Notes: generated from the letters alone by a model not told the origin. DNA of 64,000 nt from Eledone cirrhosa (GCA_964016885.1 OZ024740.1:368838001-368902000), one strand, 5' to 3'. Counted from the stretch's first letter, positions 26,480 through 40,571 are shown. Made by a program: numbers and translations.

Positions 26480-29400
26480 TTATGCTTATTCATTTTTGGG
26501 GCCCTTTCTGCCTGTGTGTTTGTTTATGTATGTTCGTATACAGCGTGGTGATAATGCCACACAAGGGCCAAGTGGAACGGCGAATCCACAGATGGCTATG
26601 TAAACATACATTCGTCAATCCTCGATAAGAGTGTTTAAATATCGAACATAAACAGTTCGAATAACGGTGAAATGGAGACTAGAACGTCATGTGACAGACT
26701 CTCACCCAACAGGTGCCCCCTGGCTCAGCAGCAGGAACCTGACTGTCAACCAAATACTGCTGATGTTGGAGGAAGAAGAAGAAGGAAAGGGGCCAGAACC
26801 AACTGGACTAAAGAATTGAATAGAATTGTTATGCAATGTTACCTGAAAAGTAACCCCAAGGAGAGGGCCTACAGGAGACGGATTCATAACATCTAGAACG
26901 AGATTGGTCTATTTAAATTAGATGAACAAAAATTAGCCGGGCAGGCTCGGGTAATAAGAACTAATGGGTGGATAAGCGAGCTGGAACTGGAGGAACTGAG
27001 CAGAGAGAATGGCTTGGAGATGGCGGGTGTAGTATGCCAGACAAGCGAGCCAGTGGGAAATGAAGGTGAAGAGGTCATGAGAACGGAGGAACCACCCGAA
27101 GCAGACAATGATCTGAATACTGAGATAAATAATACCTGGAGCAGAGATACGGCCACTGAGGAGATGAATGCTGACGGGCTAGGAGAAGATTCGGTTGACA
27201 TCCTAAATTTAGTGGTAGATGAATTGAACAATGATAGTGGGAGACCTATGAACCTAAGATTTGTAGACAGGAAAAAGTTAAAAGAAACAACAGCTAAGGT
27301 AAACAAAGTCATCCCATACCTTGAGGCGAGGAGCCTTCACCAGTGCAACAATATCCTCAAAGCAACAGCAAATAAGGTGAGGAAACTACTTGGTATAAAA
27401 GCGAGTGGAAACAACAGACAAGAGAGAGCAGAGCCGTGGTGGAATAAACGACTGAGTGGTCAAATCGGGGAAATGAGAAATGACATAGGAAAGCTTGAGT
27501 CACTACTGAATGGGACACTAAAAAACATAGGCACTAAAAATAGACTGGAAATAAAGTACAAAACTAGGAGGAAAAAGCTAAATATTATCATAGAGGAACT
27601 GAAGCAACGCATTGTAGCAAAGAGTGCAAAAATCAGGCGATACGAGAACAGAGTCAGTCAGTATAAACAGAACCGCATGTTCGACAACAACCAGAAGATG
27701 CTGTTTGGACAGCTTGAGGGGAAAGAAAGAGGCAACGACTTGATCCCTGGGGCGGAGCAAACTAAAACATTCTGGAGAGGATTATGGGAGCAGGATGTTA
27801 GACATAATGTCCAGGCAGGGTGGATTGAGACAGTACAGAGGGAGATCGGTGAGCAGGCACACCAACAAACTGATTTGAGTATCACAGTTGAAGCTCTTAA
27901 GGGGCAGGCCAAAAAACTAACCAACTGGAAATCACCAGGCTCAGATGGTGTGCAGGGGTATTGGATTAAAAATTTAACATCCCTCCACCCGAAGCTGACG
28001 GCCATGTTCAGTGACTGCTTGGTGTCGGGTGAGGTGCCAGAGTGGTTGACAAAAGGTACCACAGTTCTGATAATGAAAGACCGAATCAAGGGTAATGATG
28101 TTACCAACTATAGACCTATCACATGTCTGTCCGTAATGTGGAAACTGCTGACGAGCATTGTGTCTGAGGAAATCTACCATCACCTCCACACAAACAACTT
28201 GTTACCGGACGAACAGAAAGGATGCCGAAAGAAGTCACGTGGTACAAAGGACCAGTTGCTTATTGATAAGATGGTAATGGGGAATTGCAGGAGGAGACAC
28301 ACTGACCTTGCCATGGGATGGATAGACTACAGAAAGGCATTTGACATGGTGCCTCATTCTTGGATCACCAAAAGCCTGGAGATCTTCAGGGTGGCAGATA
28401 ACATCAAACAGTTGCTGGGCAGGAGTATGGGGTCCTGGGAGACAAGTTGGGAAAGGGAGAGATTACCATCAATCACCTCCTCTTCATGGACGATGTTAAG
28501 CTCTTCGGGAAAAGTGAGGAGTTGGATGTGCTTGTTGACAATGTCCGTATTTTCAGCAGTGATATATGTATGCAGTTTGGTATTAGTAAATGTGGAGTGA
28601 TTGTGATGAAGAGGGGTAGGTTGAGCAGAAGTAACGGGATCCAGATACCAACAGGTGAGATGATAAAGGAAATTGACTCTGAGAAAGGATACAAGTATTT
28701 GGGCGTTCTGGAGGCTGATGGCATAAAGAACAAAAAAATGAAGGAATTGTTAAGAACTGAATACATTCGGAGAGTAAGGAGCGTATTGAAGTCACATCTG
28801 AACAGCAGAAATGCCATAAGCGCAGTAAATTCCCGAGCTGTGTCTATTATTAGTTACAGTGCGGGAAATCTGAGATGGAATGTTGCTGAACAAAAAGAAA
28901 TGGATAGGAAGACTAGGAAGCTATTGACTATCTACAACATGTTCCACAAGAGGAGTGATGTCGATAGACTCTACCTAAGGAGATCTGAGGGTGGAAGAGG
29001 TCTTATCAGCATAGAGGACTGTGTTCAGATGGAGAAAAACAACCTATACAAATACGTGACCTATAGTAAGGAGCCAATGCTCAGAACTGTACTGAAGGAG
29101 GGGACAGTAGGCCAGGGGATGTCCAAGGAGGAAATAACATCAAGGAGGCAGAGCAGCCTTAAGGGAAAATCCCTTCATAGTACCTTCTTTGAGAAAACTG
29201 AATTTAGAGATCCACAGACATGGAACTGGTTGAGAAGAGGAGACCTCAAAAAGGCTACAGAAGGAATGCTAATGGCTGCGCAGGAGCAGGCCCTCAAAAC
29301 GAAGTGGTTGAAGTACCATATTTACAAGGAGGAGGCTAGCCCACTGTGCAGGATCTATGGAGAGAGAGAGGAGACTGTGGCTCACATTGTGTCCGAGTGT

Positions 29401-29989
29401 AAACATCTAGCCCAGACCCACTATAAGGGCTGGAGACACGATGTGATGGGCAGGGTGATCCACTGGCACCTGTGCAAAGTAAACAATTTACCACACTCTG
29501 AGAAATGGTATGAGGCGGTGATGGAGAACAATCAGGTGAAGGTGCTGTGGGATTTTAGGATACAGACGGACAAAAAACTGGAACACAATAGACCTGACCT
29601 GTGGTTGTGGACAAAGAAAAAAGATCGTGTCTGATTGTGGATGTGGCCTGCCCTTTCGACACGAGAGTGTAAGAGAAGGAGAGGGAGAAAATTAACCGAT
29701 ACCAGGACCTAAAGTGGGAGGTGAAAAGGATTTGGAACTGCCATGAAGTCAAAATGATCCCGATTGTCATAGGCGCACTGGGGACTATCTCAAAAAGTTT
29801 CCAGGGATGGTTAAAGAAAATCGGCCCCGTCACGCTTTTTGGAACGCTTGAAAAGGCATGCTTGCTTGGAACAGCAAGAACCCTCCGATACGTCCTGAAT
29901 ATCTGAGGCTGCAGGTAGTGGCTTGATATTCATTCCAACGGACTTTCCAGTTAACCAACATCAATGACTGAGATTCAAGGAATAACAAC

Positions 29990-30022
<33 letters not shown>
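26480..30022 (+). mobile_element. R4/Dong-like non-LTR retrotransposon (RT + CCHC + restriction-like endonuclease), inactive
   Basis: N-terminal WTKELN..CYLKS; NYRPITCL, EQKGCR, WIDYRKAFD, LLFMDD; CRIxGEREETVAHIVSEC; RPD..DVACP..K..RYQDL; deletion removing the QGD motif at ~28445; (TAA)n tail. Confidence 0.9.
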
Positions 30023-30024
<2 letters not shown>

Positions 30025-30869
30025 GACGAGAAGAAGTCGCACGAGGTGGTACAGGTCATGAAATCGCTCCCGTAATTTTTTGATTTTTAACATATTTAAA
30101 TCAATTGTGAAATAACAATTCTTAGTACAAATGTTGCATAAACCACCGAATGAGGTCCCATAAAGTTTCGGATCCATATTATATTGTTGTATCGCTCAAA
30201 TATTCAATTTTGTATTATATATTTTGTATTCAAAAAAAGAAAATGGTTATACATGGAAGAAAACACCCTCTGTCTTACACTATATAGAACAGCCAAATAA
30301 CAGCAATTTCACCAACACCAGTAACTTGATACACCACCTATCCCATCACACTAAATATAACAGCCAGATAACAGCTATTTCACCACCACCACCATCAATC
30401 CCAGCATCATAATAATAATTACTATTATTATTGTCTCAAATTTTAACAAAATGTTTAATTCCAATTTTACGGGAATATGTCAACACAATATATAATAAAA
30501 ATATATATTAAACATACGAACACAAACTCATGGATACTACATATCAGTAACCACAACGCTACCGCTGCCACCACCCCACCCTATCCATCACTGCTACCAC
30601 TATCCCATCGCCGCCGCCACCACTCCTTCTTTGCTACCACCACTATTCCCCTGTTAACTTGAGAGAGAAAGGGGAAGGTGGCGGTATCACTAGACAAGGG
30701 AGAGGCTAGCAAAAGATATAAATAGATTGACTTAGTGACCTGGCCACCGGCCAAACGTCAACATCAACAACTATGGGACAGCTGGCTCACCCCTTCCTCA
30801 CCAACAATATAAAAAGACCCGGCACCACCACCGACATAGCCAACAACAACAAAAAGTATATTATATTAT

Positions 30870-30925
30870 TGTAATGAACTGGGTGATTGCTGGACTTGTC
30901 CCTGGAGTGGAGACAGTTATTAATA
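30870..30925 (+). mobile_element. SINE 3' fragment
   Basis: Diverged match to the 3' end of 240-420. Confidence 0.5.
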
Positions 30926-31014
30926 ATTTCATTCTTAAGCCACACAATGCTCACATTAAGGAACCACTCATGATAATAACAATTAAAAAAAAAACATCAA
31001 AAAGAAAACCCCGT

Positions 31015-31132
31015 GACCAAGAAATACCGGGATGGCGGCTGGCGGGGAATAGCCGTGTCTCTAGGGGAGAACGACCCCCTCTAGTCTTGGTTGACACTCG
31101 TTCTAGAAGTGGTAACACGAAATGATTACCCC
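31015..31132 (+). ncRNA. Candidate HDV-like ribozyme at the Dong 5' end
   Basis: P1 GACCAA(G)/(C)TTGGTT with first G-U pair, P3 GAC/GTC with pyrimidine loop, P4 CACT/AGTG, J4/2 CGAA, imperfect P2 GGGGAGAAC/GATTACCCC. Confidence 0.45.
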
Positions 31133-34100
31133 TTGGCGGATAAGGATAAAACGCGATAAATAAAGTAAATGTCTAATGATAAAATCTCATACCGGATCGG
31201 CCGTCACCCGGGTAAAAAAGGGCCGCGTCCCTCAGAGAGGAACCAGACTGGGGTCGAAAAATCAGCTAATGGTTCAAACCTTCCCATCACTTCGGAGCTG
31301 TAGACCTCCCATAACCGGAATACTCCTACTGTTGGCCCTCCATGCTCACCACCAAGAAATCCAAAGAAAAAGAGAGAAAAATGGTCAAGGGAAGATAATA
31401 AAGAAGTCCTTGAGGCTTTCTACACTGCCATGTACTACCCATCAAATACATCGAATACAGAACAGACATATATCAACTGGAAAAAGAAACATCCGGAAAA
31501 CAGAGGCTATATTGACAGTAACAAACTAGCCAATATACGAAGAAATATTGTAAGAAAAAAGTTACTAACTGATATAGAAATTGATCAGATCAAGCTATTA
31601 GCACAAAGTCAGCGACGGGAAAATGAAATATGTGTCAGTGAAAACGAGGTAAACTGTAACACTTCGAATCCCAGGGTGGGGGAGGAATCACTGGCAACAG
31701 AACAAATTAAAGAAAGGATCGAAAAAGTGGAGGGAATGCATGCTCAGGATGAAACTCCAAATGAAAATAATGAGATCGTAAATGATAAAGAAATGAATTA
31801 GAATGAACTTGCCAACTTGTAGGATGAAATTATGATCGAATGGATGAAAATGAAAGAATCTGACATGGGGCAACGAGACACCATCCCTAAGATCCAGAAC
31901 TCCAAACAGAACCAAAAGATAATACACAAGACTAACATAATTCTCAAAAACATTATCATCACAAACAAACTAAACATTACTGATTTAAATCATCTCTATT
32001 ATGCATCGGCTAAAGTCACCACTCACTTATGTGGAGTGAAGATGAAAAAACAAAGGAATTCCCACAAGAAATCTACTTGGCAAGAGAACATCAATCGTCA
32101 AATAAACCTTCTCCGATCTGACATAGAAATTTTAACAAACTATAAAGTAGGTGAACATGTTAAACAAACTAAACTTAGAAAATTGAAAAAAAAGTACAGT
32201 ATAAAATCAACATGTGATATAGACATGCTGATAGAAATAATCAAGCAAAAAGTGTCGGCCAAAGCTGCTCGTATAAGGCGCTTTGAAAAACGATCTAGAT
32301 TCTATAAGGACAATAATATGTTCAAAAACAACCAAAGAAACTTCTACAGAAAAGTTGGTAAGTCAACAATAACTGCTAAATCAAAACCACCCAAGGAGGA
32401 AGTGCAAGAATACTGGGAAAAGATCTGGGCCGAAGAAAAAGTTCATAACATACATGCCCCATGGATAGACAGACAAATGAAAGATACAGCTCACCTTGAG
32501 GAACAAATATGGGAAAATATAACAGTTGAACAGTTGCGCTTGGCTCTAAGAAAAACCAGCAAATGGAAATCCCCAGGAAAAGACAAAATACAAAACTTTT
32601 GGATAAATGCCTTCACAGAGTCTCATGAGCTGTTAGCCCAACTTTACAATGAAATAGTTAAGGAGCCAGAAAAGATACCATCATGGTTAGTTAACGGCAT
32701 TACATTCCTGATTCCGAAGAATTATGAGACAAACAATCCCAAAAATTACAGACCGATAACTTGCTTGACCACAATGTATAACATTTTAACATCAGTCCTA
32801 ACTGAATACACATATGACCACCTGATAACAAATGACCTATTTCCCATTGAGCAGAAAGGGTGTAAACGAGGCTCATATGGCTGTAAGGATCAGCTTCTGG
32901 TTAACAAAATAATACTGGAAGATTGTCATAATAGACACAAAAATCTATCGATTGCTTGGATAGATTATAAAAAAGCATTCGATAGTTTGCCACACAGTTG
33001 GATTGAAAAATGTTTAGAGATTTTCAAAATATCCCCCGTTGTCAGGAGGTTTTTGTCATTCAGTATGAAGACATGGAAAACGACACTCCTTTTGAAAAGT
33101 GAAACAAAATCACTGGAAGCTGGAGAAGTCAATATTAATTGTGGAATGTTTCAGGGTGACTCTTTATCACCGCTTTTATTCTGCATCGCACTTATACCAT
33201 TAAGTAAAATGCTCAATGAAACAAAACATGCATATAAAGTCTATGACAAAATCATTAATCACCTGTTCTACATGGATGACCTGAAACTATTTGCAAAAAA
33301 TGATGAATAGCAGGGGCTATTATCCACTGTGAAGCAGTTCAGTGATGACATTAAAATGGAGTTTGGACTAGATAAATGCGCCAAAGCAACGTTCACCAGA
33401 GGAAAGCTGCTGAAGAGTTCAGACATTAATCTTGATCGGGGGAACGTGATAAGAGAACTTGATAAAGAAAAAAACTTATAAATATCTAGGTGTTTGTGAA
33501 GGAGACGGAATCAAGCACTCGACAATGAGGGAAAGGATAAGGAAGGAATGTTACCGCAGAGTAAGAGCAATCTTAAGAACGGAATTGAATGCAAGGAATA
33601 GGATCGATGCCATGAACACGCTTGCCATACCAGTAGTAACCTACAGTTACAATGTCATCAACTGGTCAAGCACAGAGATCCGTAGGCTCGATACAAAAAT
33701 TCGAAAATTTTAACCATGCACAGAATGCATCACCCTAAGGCAGATATAGATAGAATATATCTCCCTAGGAAAGAAGGAGGACGTGGGTTAATCCAGATAG
33801 ACATTGCGTTGAAAACTGCAACAATTGGATTATCTACATATCTAAAGGAATCACATGATTGGATGATCAAACTCGTTTTGAAACACGAAAGCATCAAAAG
33901 ATCATATTCCATTACAAAAGATGCACAAAGATACAGTAATGAATTACAAATTTCAGAAGTCCCATTTACTGCTGAAATGGAAAACATAGAAAAAGCAAAG
34001 CAGGTAAAAGTAACTGCAAAGAAAGAACTGCTACAGAAACTGGCTAAGAAATGGCAAGAAAAGCCTCTGTATGGAAAATACCCAGAGCGAGCTAACAATC

Positions 34101-34980
34101 CTGATGTTGACAAAACTTTAACCCATCAGTGGTTGGCATCCTCTGGACTGAAATCGGAGACTGAAGGACTGATTATATCAGCACAAGATCAGTGTCTGCC
34201 AACAAAACATTACCATGCCAACATAATAATAAATGGGTGCAGCCCATTATGCCGTGTATGCAAAAAACAACCAGAGACCATTGACCATATAATTTCAATG
34301 TGCAGTCCTATAGCTCCAACCGAATACCTAAACAGGCATGACAGAGCTGCACAATACATACATTGGATAATGTGTAAGCATTTTGACCTGCCCCATCAAA
34401 AGAATTGGTGGGAGCATCAACCACCTCCCATACTTGAAAAAGATCACATCTCAATCTTGTGGAACTTTAGCATCCAAACAGACCGAAAAATAGATGCAAA
34501 TAGACCTGATATAATATTGAAGGACTTTCAAAAGAGGGTATGCCTGCTAATTGATATGTCTGTTCCAATAGACAAGAATGTATCTATAAAAACATTTGAA
34601 AAATTGAGCAAGTATAAGGACCTGGAGATAGGAATTGGAAAAATGTGGAAATTGAGAACTAAAACAATACCAGTGGTTGTAGGCCCTCTGGGAATGATAC
34701 CTAAGGGGTCTAATGATTACATATCGCAAATCCCAGGAAACCCGCGTATAGGAGAAATACAAAAGATAGTACTAATGGGAACTGCCCATATACTAAGGAA
34801 GATTCTGTCGATATAAGTACATCACAAGTCTAAACACTAAAGATGCATGTGTGAATATGTATGTTCTTTCTTGAACATGGCGGACCTTGTTGTCTCTTGA
34901 GGTCACTGGTTGTGACTTGGTGATAACTCGTATGAACATAAAGCAAGATAAATGCAATAATAATAATAATAAAAATAATA
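31015..34980 (+). mobile_element. Near full-length R4/Dong-like non-LTR retrotransposon, second family, with stops and frameshifts
   Basis: ORF pieces 31430-31801, 31832-33310, 33459-33713 and 33716-34816: FQGDSLSP, FYMDDLK, CRVCKKQPETIDHIISMC, RPDI..IDMSVP..KLSKYKDL; (TAA)n tail. Confidence 0.9.
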
Positions 34981-35310
34981 CACAAGAGTGAAAGAGAAGG
35001 AGAGGGAGAAAATTAACCGATACCAGGATTTAAAGTGGGAGGTAAAAAGGATTTGGAACTGCCATGAAGTCAAAGTGGTCCCGATAGTGTCATAGGCGCA
35101 CTAGGTACTATCTCAAAAGGTTTCCAGGGATGGTTAAAGAAAATTGGTCCCGCCACGCTTTTTGGAACGCTTCAAAAGGCATGCTTGCTGGGAACAGCAA
35201 GAACCCTCCAATATCTGAGGCTGCAGGTGGTGGCTTCATATTCATTTCAACAAACTTTCCAGTTAACTAACATCAATGACTGAGACTCAAAGAACAATAA
35301 TAATAATAAT
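34981..35310 (+). mobile_element. 3' fragment of Dong family 1
   Basis: Matches 29660-29985; (TAA)n tail. Confidence 0.85.
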
Positions 35311-35313
35311 ACT

Positions 35314-35409
35314 AATTGTTTCTACTTTTGGCACAAGGCCAGCAATTACCCAGTCTATTACTGGTACTTTATTTTATCGACCCCGTAAGGATGAAAGACA
35401 AAGTTAACC

Positions 35410-35411
<2 letters not shown>
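35314..35411 (-). mobile_element. SINE 3' half
   Basis: Reverse complement of the 240-420 core and tail. Confidence 0.75.
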
Positions 35412-35449
<38 letters not shown>

Positions 35450-35469
35450 TAATAAGAACATGAAATAAT

Positions 35470-36470
35470 ATCACATCTGAACAGTAGCAATGCCATAAAT
35501 GCCGTAAATCCCCGAGCTGTGTCTATTATTAGGTACAGTGCGGGAATTCTGAGATGGAATGTTGATGAACAAAAAGAAATGGATAGGAAGACTAGGAAGC
35601 TATTGATTATCTACAACATATTCCACAAGAGGTGGAATGATGTGGATATACTATACTTAAGGAGGTCTGAAGGTGTAAGAGGTCTTATCAGCATAGAGGA
35701 CTGTGTTCAGGAAAAACAACCTACACAAATACGTGACTGATAGTAGGGAGCCAATGCTCAGAATTGTACTGAAGGAGAGTACAATAGACCAGCGGATGTC
35801 CACGGAGGAAATAACAAGGAGAAAGAGCAACCTTCATGATAAATCCCTTCATATTACCTTCTTTGAGAAAACTGAATTCAGAGATCCACAGACATGGAAC
35901 TGGTTAAAAAGAGGAGACCTTAAAAAGGCTACAGAACGAATGATAATGGCTGCGCAAGAGCAACCCCTCAAAACGAAGTGGCTGAAACACCATATTTACA
36001 AGGAGGAGGCTAGCCCACTGTGTAGGATCTGTGGAGAGAGAGAGGAGACTGTGGCTCCATTGTATCTAGGCCAGACTCACTATAAAGGCTGGAGACATGA
36101 TGTGATGGGCAGGGTGATCCACTGGCACCTATGCAAAGTAAACAATTTACCACATTCTGAGAATTGGTATGAGCATAAGCCAGAGTCGGTGATAGAAAAC
36201 GATCAGGTGAAGGTGCTGTGAGATTTTAGGATACAGACAGACATGAAACTGGAACACAATAGACCTGACCTGGTGGTTTCGACAAGGAAAAGAGATCGTG
36301 CTGATTGTGGATGTAACCTGCCCATTCGACACAAAAGTGCAACAAAAAGGAGGGGGAGAAAATTAACCGATACCAGGACTTAAAGTGGGAGGTAAAAAGG
36401 ATTTGGAACTGCCATGAAGTCAAAGTTGTCACGATTGTCATAGGCGCACTAGGTACTATCTCAAAGAGTT
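35470..36470 (+). pseudogene. Internal fragment of Dong family 1 (thumb, CCHC, RLE)
   Basis: Matches 28790-29800; CRICGEREETVA; RPDLVV. Confidence 0.85.
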
Positions 36471-36479
36471 TATTTGAGG

Positions 36480-37330
36480 AACACCACCCCTCCAACAAAC
36501 ACTACACACACCAATACCACAATCGGCACTATCACCAACTGTACAAGCAAATCCGGCAGGATTCCAAGGTGAGACCAGTCAACCTTATAATTGTTATCCA
36601 AACATTTTGCTCGGAGTCTCATACTCGGTCTACTGCCAGTTGGTTTTGCCTATGAAATCTGTCCAGCGATGAATTCTTGAGATGTTCTAACAAAATGCGA
36701 ACAGTTTTATTTCGGAGTAGTAGCAGATCTATCTGAATTGCCTCTCTGATCTACACTCACTCTATCGAGTAACGTTACTCCAATATAACACGTTGGTGAA
36801 CTCCCGTTTAGGCCGATTCTATTCGCGATCGTAATTGTTCGGTCATTATCCAAGACACATGGCCATAGGAAATGGTTGGCATGAATATACCGAATGGAAG
36901 ATAGCGAATTTTGCTTTATCACCTACCTTCAATCTTATGAGTACCGAATGCTGAAAATATTTAAGTCTTTTAACAGCTCGGACCACCATTCATCTCCTCC
37001 TATGGTCTTACGACCTTTGAACTCTTCAACTGCTCTTGTGACCTCAGCCTCCGAGAAAATTGTCACCGCTCCCAGATGCACTTCGTGTACGTCAGAAGAT
37101 GTTGTGATCCGGTTTAGGGGATCAGCAATATATTCGCTCCAGCTCGCGAGGATGCACTTATCTGAAGAGAAGAGATCCCCAGACGCATTCCAGATAGCAA
37201 GTGTTGAGCAGGACTTCTACTGCGAAATCGCTGCATGGTCTTCCAGATCATATTATTTGCTGATCTGAAATTGGATTCCACCTTAACCCAACACACATCT
37301 CTTGCAGTAAGAGCAGGTCGCTCAGAGAGT
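36480..37330 (-). pseudogene. Decayed, internally deleted RTE-clade (Rex3/Expander-like) LINE
   Basis: The - strand reads WSEYIADPLN..SEAEVTRAVEEFKGRKTIGGDEWWSELLK, then KAKFAIFHSVY..PTISYGHVSWIMTEQLRSRIE. Confidence 0.6.
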
Positions 37331-38822
37331 AACGGCGTGCAATGTTTAGACATAAATTATTTACACATTTAATTTAATAATGTGATACATGAAGTACGTA
37401 ATATGAAATATTGAGAGGATATGTAGGTCCTTTCTGATTCAGATATATTTCAATATTGTACCTTTATCTAAGTATTCTCGCTCATAGCTATTATCCATTT
37501 CGGGTTAATAGCCCATTCCTATTAGAAACATCCATACACACAAAAACGCATAGACACAAACAAAAGAGTAACAGCCTACACATGCTCATGATTTTATGCT
37601 TATGAACTTTCCTTCACATTAGTGCTCCGATTATATACAATACATATTTTATTTCAAGTGAAGTCTAAAACATCCATGGCGTAGTTTGACTTACTAACAT
37701 CTGCCTTAATATTTCACTAATATACAGAGAACGACCTCCGCATTAAATAGCAAAGTTCGAAAAACACAATTCCCAAATTTGAGGATAATTATGTAATTTC
37801 TGAATTAAATTTACATCTAATGGGTAAAATGGTAGCCATCTGAGACACTGTGCCAGAAACAATTTGATATATTCAGAATTTAACAGAGCTTAGCCACAAC
37901 TTTACCGAATTACTTTGAAGATAGGATAATTCAGTGATTCGCAATCCGCCATACATTATATGAAGATTTTTAACAAATAAATCAATATCGTTTTAACGAA
38001 AGAAATCCATAACAGATCAAGAACAGAAATAATATATTTTTTATACATCATTTAACCTTAATATTCACTAAGAAATATGGACGAAATTGGAAATAATGGC
38101 ATTATTGCAACGTCTGTACCAGTTGAGTTCACAAATAAAGTTCATTATGCTTATGTATTCACTCTAAAATTATGATAGAGTAATTGTTGATTTGCCCAAA
38201 TATGACGAAGGAAAATCCATTCATTATATCAAGACAAATCATAAATAAGATATCTGGAACGTGGTAATATATTAATAATTCTTAATATGTAAGTATGTAG
38301 TGACATCGGGATGCGCATGTGTAAACTAGCCATGTCAATGCATTCGATTTTACAAAACAGAAAAAAAAAATCAACATTGTGACTACTAAAAGGCGATTGA
38401 TATCTTTCTGATTTTAATACAGCTCAAAATCATTTAATCTTTTTGAAGTTGGATGTTTATGGTTGGTAGTCTTCATTGCTAATGGGGTAATTGGTTTGTT
38501 AACACTTGGATGAGATAACGTTTCAAAACAAACAAACAAAAAACACAAAGATTGAACACGAGATGTCGTGCGGAGAGTAGTGATCAAACAGAAAACAACA
38601 TACACATCAATTATATGTAATCGATATATATAGATAAGAAATTACAACTGTCACTACTTTTGATTTTAAAATATAACATTCGGGATATCATCTTGGGCTT
38701 CCACTCAAATAGCAAAGGTGTTGAAGATTTTCTAGGAATAAAATGCCATATATATGTGTGTATATATATATTTATTTATTTATATATATATAAATTTATA
38801 CATAAATATATGTATATATATA

Positions 38823-39302
38823 TACAATATTAAATAAATGGAAACTATATTTATAAAACCATATTTATTTCATTATATATATTTCGGGGATATCATATTA
38901 ACAATATGCTATGCCTTCCTCAGACAAATACAATATAAACAGTTTTATAGATAAATAGATTCGACATACCGTAACAACACCGACTTGCATTTGAAGAGGT
39001 TGAGCTGGCAGTTCAAGAGGTTGAGCTGCCAGCTCAACCTCTTCAAATGCAAGTCGGTGTTGTTACGGTATGTCGAATCTATTTATCTATAAAACTGTTT
39101 ATATTGTATTTTGTCTGAGGAAGGCATAGCATATTGTTAATATGATATCCCCGAAATATATATAATGAAATAAATATGGTTTTATAAATATAGTTTCCAT
39201 TTATTTAATATTGTAAATATACTCCAAATATTTGTCGAGTGCTTTTATATCAGTTATAAATATTTACTAGTTGTAACCCAACAATTTTAAATATAACTTT
39301 CC

Positions 39303-39303
<1 letters not shown>
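38823..39303 (+). mobile_element. Non-coding fold-back element with HHR between (TA)n tracts
   Basis: 38823-39011 is inverted to 39026-39215; HHR TTTTGT-CTGAGGA-..-GAAA-TATATA-TA-ATGAAA at 39109-39170; related fragment at 58741-58810. Confidence 0.7.
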
Positions 39304-39370
<67 letters not shown>

Positions 39371-39391
39371 ATGTATGTATGTATATATATG

Positions 39392-39469
<78 letters not shown>

Positions 39470-39509
39470 TGTATGTATGTATGTATATATATGCATGTAA
39501 ATATATATG

Positions 39510-39552
<43 letters not shown>

Positions 39553-39560
39553 ATGTATAC

Positions 39561-39644
<84 letters not shown>

Positions 39645-39655
39645 ATGTATGTATG

Positions 39656-39709
<54 letters not shown>

Positions 39710-39712
39710 TAA

Positions 39713-39747
<35 letters not shown>

Positions 39748-39750
39748 TAA

Positions 39751-39799
<49 letters not shown>

Positions 39800-39802
39800 T
39801 AA

Positions 39803-39843
<41 letters not shown>
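39304..39843. repeat. (TA)n/(TATG)n compound microsatellite
   Basis: direct inspection. Confidence 0.95.
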
Positions 39844-39846
<3 letters not shown>

Positions 39847-40000
39847 CGTTTCTGAATTTGTTCAGCAAGATTCTTTATCTGAAAACGTGTGTTGAAACCG
39901 ACATTGTTATACTTTGGGAGGGTCATGTTGCCAATAAGAAACACACGCACCACGTGATTCACTTCAATTTATTATAATAAATTGAAGCGAAAGCAACTGG
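39843..40000 (-). mobile_element. Naiad-like pseudo-LTR end
   Basis: Matches 3572-3710. Confidence 0.7.
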
Positions 40001-40149
40001 TATACCTTCCTGCCAGATTGTTGAACGTATATACTTACCTTATGCATATTAATGGTTGAGTAGCCAAATTTGCATATTGAGTGGGTTAATCGGCCGGGTG
40101 CACCGAAATCGATGAACGGAAAAAATGAAACAATCTGGCAGGAAGGTAT

Positions 40150-40192
40150 ACGTTGCTGACGATAGCTAACAAGCTTGAAACTTGTACAGCGT
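40150..40192 (+). ncRNA. Minimal type I hammerhead ribozyme
   Basis: ACGTTG-CTGACGA-T-AGC/GCT-T-GAAAC-TT-GTA-CAGCGT. Confidence 0.8.
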
Positions 40193-40571
40193 TCCTTTGT
40201 CAGTGTTGAACAAACGAGCAACGGTGGTTGCTAGACACTACGGCTTAAATCGGGATGTTTGTATACAAACACACCGAGCATTATAATAAATGTTTGGTGA
40301 ATCCATACGTGCATATATATATATGTGTGCATGTATGTATATATATATACATACTACTGTACGTCTGTATACATATATGTATGCACGTGTACATACTTAT
40401 ATTTAAGTAACAGCGGTACTAAGAGTGGGAAATGAAATATCGTTTCATTTTTTCCGTTTATCGTTTTCAGTGCAGCCGGCCGATTAACCCACTCAATATG
40501 CAAATTGGGCTACTCAGCCGTTAATATGCATAAGGTAAGTATATACGTTCAACAATCTGGCAGGAAGGTAT

